A DNA stretch of 64,000 nt, taken from the IMG/VR virus record IMGVR_UViG_3300042090_002148, one strand, 5' to 3'. Positions 63,120-64,000 of the stretch are shown in pieces. The stretch comes from a virus. Position 1 is the stretch's first letter, and every line of letters begins with the position of its first letter. The notes under the pieces are model-generated. The model was not told the DNA's origin. It saw only the letters and a list, made by a program, of their open reading frames with translations, and did no database searches. The translations under genes were made by a program, and so were the position numbers.

Positions 63120-64000
63120 CTAGCTGTACTCCTCGACGAGCCAGCATCCAGGCGATCCGCTACCACCGGCCTCCGCCGTTCCGGCCGTTCCCGACACGCC
63201 GCCGCTCCCACCCGCGCCGTATCCGCTCGCGTTGTTGCCGACGCCGACGGCCGTCACGCCCACGGCGCCCGCGCCGAACGGGGAGCTACCACCGTCGCCG
63301 GAGCACGCGGTCGGAGGCCCGCCGACGATCAAGACGAAGCCGTGCGATCCTGGGTCGCCGGTCGTGTTGAGCGTTCCGTTCGTGCTCACCGTACCGCCCG
63401 CTGTCCCAGGTCGGATTGTCAGCGTCGTCGCCGCCCCCGCGTTCGCGGCGGAGGTCCCGCCGTTGCACGTGACCGTGGTGGCGCCGATGACGAACGTCGA
63501 GCTACCACCGCTGACCGATGGCGATGTTCCGCCCGCGCCGCACGTGTACGTGCACTCCTGGCCGCCCGTGACGGTCGCCGTGTACTCGGCATAGCTCCCC
63601 GCGCCACCGCCACCACCAGCCGCGGAATCGCCGGACGTGCCGCCCGCACCTGTACCGGCGCCGCCTCCTCCCACGCCGTAGATCTTGAGAGTCGTGGCCT
63701 CCAGGCTCACCTGGTAGGTCCCCGACGTGCCGGTCAGGAGCGTCCGCCGAATCAGGCGACCGGTCTGCGTCGTGACGACGAGGTTGCCGTTGCCGTCGCG
63801 CGTGTTGAACCCGGTCCCCTCGTAGGTGACCGTGTAGCCGATGCCCATCGACGCGGACCAGAGCGTGACCACGTTCGTCCCGTCCGTGTGCTTGAGGACC
63901 ACCGTGTTTGTCGCGACTACGTTGTTGACGGTGATCGACTTCACCACGCGGACCACGCCCGAGGCGGGGCTCGCGACGACCACGACGGGCGTCGTCGCGG
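63120..64000 (-). CDS. Glycine-rich tail fibre-like protein, 5' end outside the window
   Basis: IYGVGGGGAG..GGGGAGSY..GAGG glycine-rich domain; the frame stays open to the window edge. Confidence 0.7.
   Translation of the reverse strand, partial: ATTPVVVVASPASGVVRVVKSITVNNVVATNTVVLKHTDGTNVVTLWSASMGIGYTVTYEGTGFNTRDGNGNLVVTTQTGRLIRRTLLTGTSGTYQVSLEATTLKIYGVGGGGAGTGAGGTSGDSAAGGGGGAGSYAEYTATVTGGQECTYTCGAGGTSPSVSGGSSTFVIGATTVTCNGGTSAANAGAATTLTIRPGTAGGTVSTNGTLNTTGDPGSHGFVLIVGGPPTACSGDGGSSPFGAGAVGVTAVGVGNNASGYGAGGSGGVSGTAGTAEAGGSGSPGCWLVEEYS

Larger units (their letters stand above)
1..64000. mobile_element. Segment of a large tailed dsDNA bacteriophage genome (lytic or prophage status not determinable here)
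   Basis: Terminase, portal, baseplate, tail fibres, own replisome and own RNAP are tightly packed with 1-4 nt overlaps; no cellular housekeeping context. Confidence 0.95.

Noticed and set aside
1-64000. tRNA, rRNA, riboswitch, integrase, major capsid protein or endolysin
   Set aside because: No cloverleaf or recognisable motif seen by eye; intergenic space is minimal; these may lie outside the window or be too divergent for me to recognise

Overview
The whole 64 kb is a gene-dense, high-GC segment of a large tailed dsDNA phage, probably contractile-tailed. No host housekeeping genes, tRNA/rRNA, CRISPR array or integrase were recognised. Minus-strand blocks are morphogenetic. 1-17839 holds putative head proteins, a GpA-type terminase, a baseplate spike and a ~2170-aa single-chain beta-beta' RNA polymerase. 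21834-27820 holds the portal and head proteins. 45989-64000 holds a holin-like protein, two paralogous beta-propeller fibres, baseplate proteins, a stand-alone InPase and a ~60x21-aa repeat protein. Plus-strand blocks are a MoxR AAA+/DUF2201-vWA unit (18054-21807) and a replication/recombination unit (27920-45992: SF2 helicase, UDG-4-like, DnaB-like helicase, primase, SSB, family A polymerase, HU, RecA/UvsX, resolvases, Cas4-like nuclease). Six free-standing HNH/EndoVII endonucleases are interspersed. The main signal is a two-class promoter architecture around the fused RNAP. A 16-nt GRGATAAGARRnCYGC motif heads the plus-strand (early-type) units. Sigma70-like TASRNT hexamers, often 6-7 nt from the start codon (leaderless spacing) and sometimes with TTG -35 boxes, head the structural genes and the RNAP gene. 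I infer, but cannot prove, an N4-like programme run by a virion-packaged bacterial-type fused RNAP. Motif searches were done by eye and are not exhaustive. Several start codons were re-chosen relative to the ORF track.
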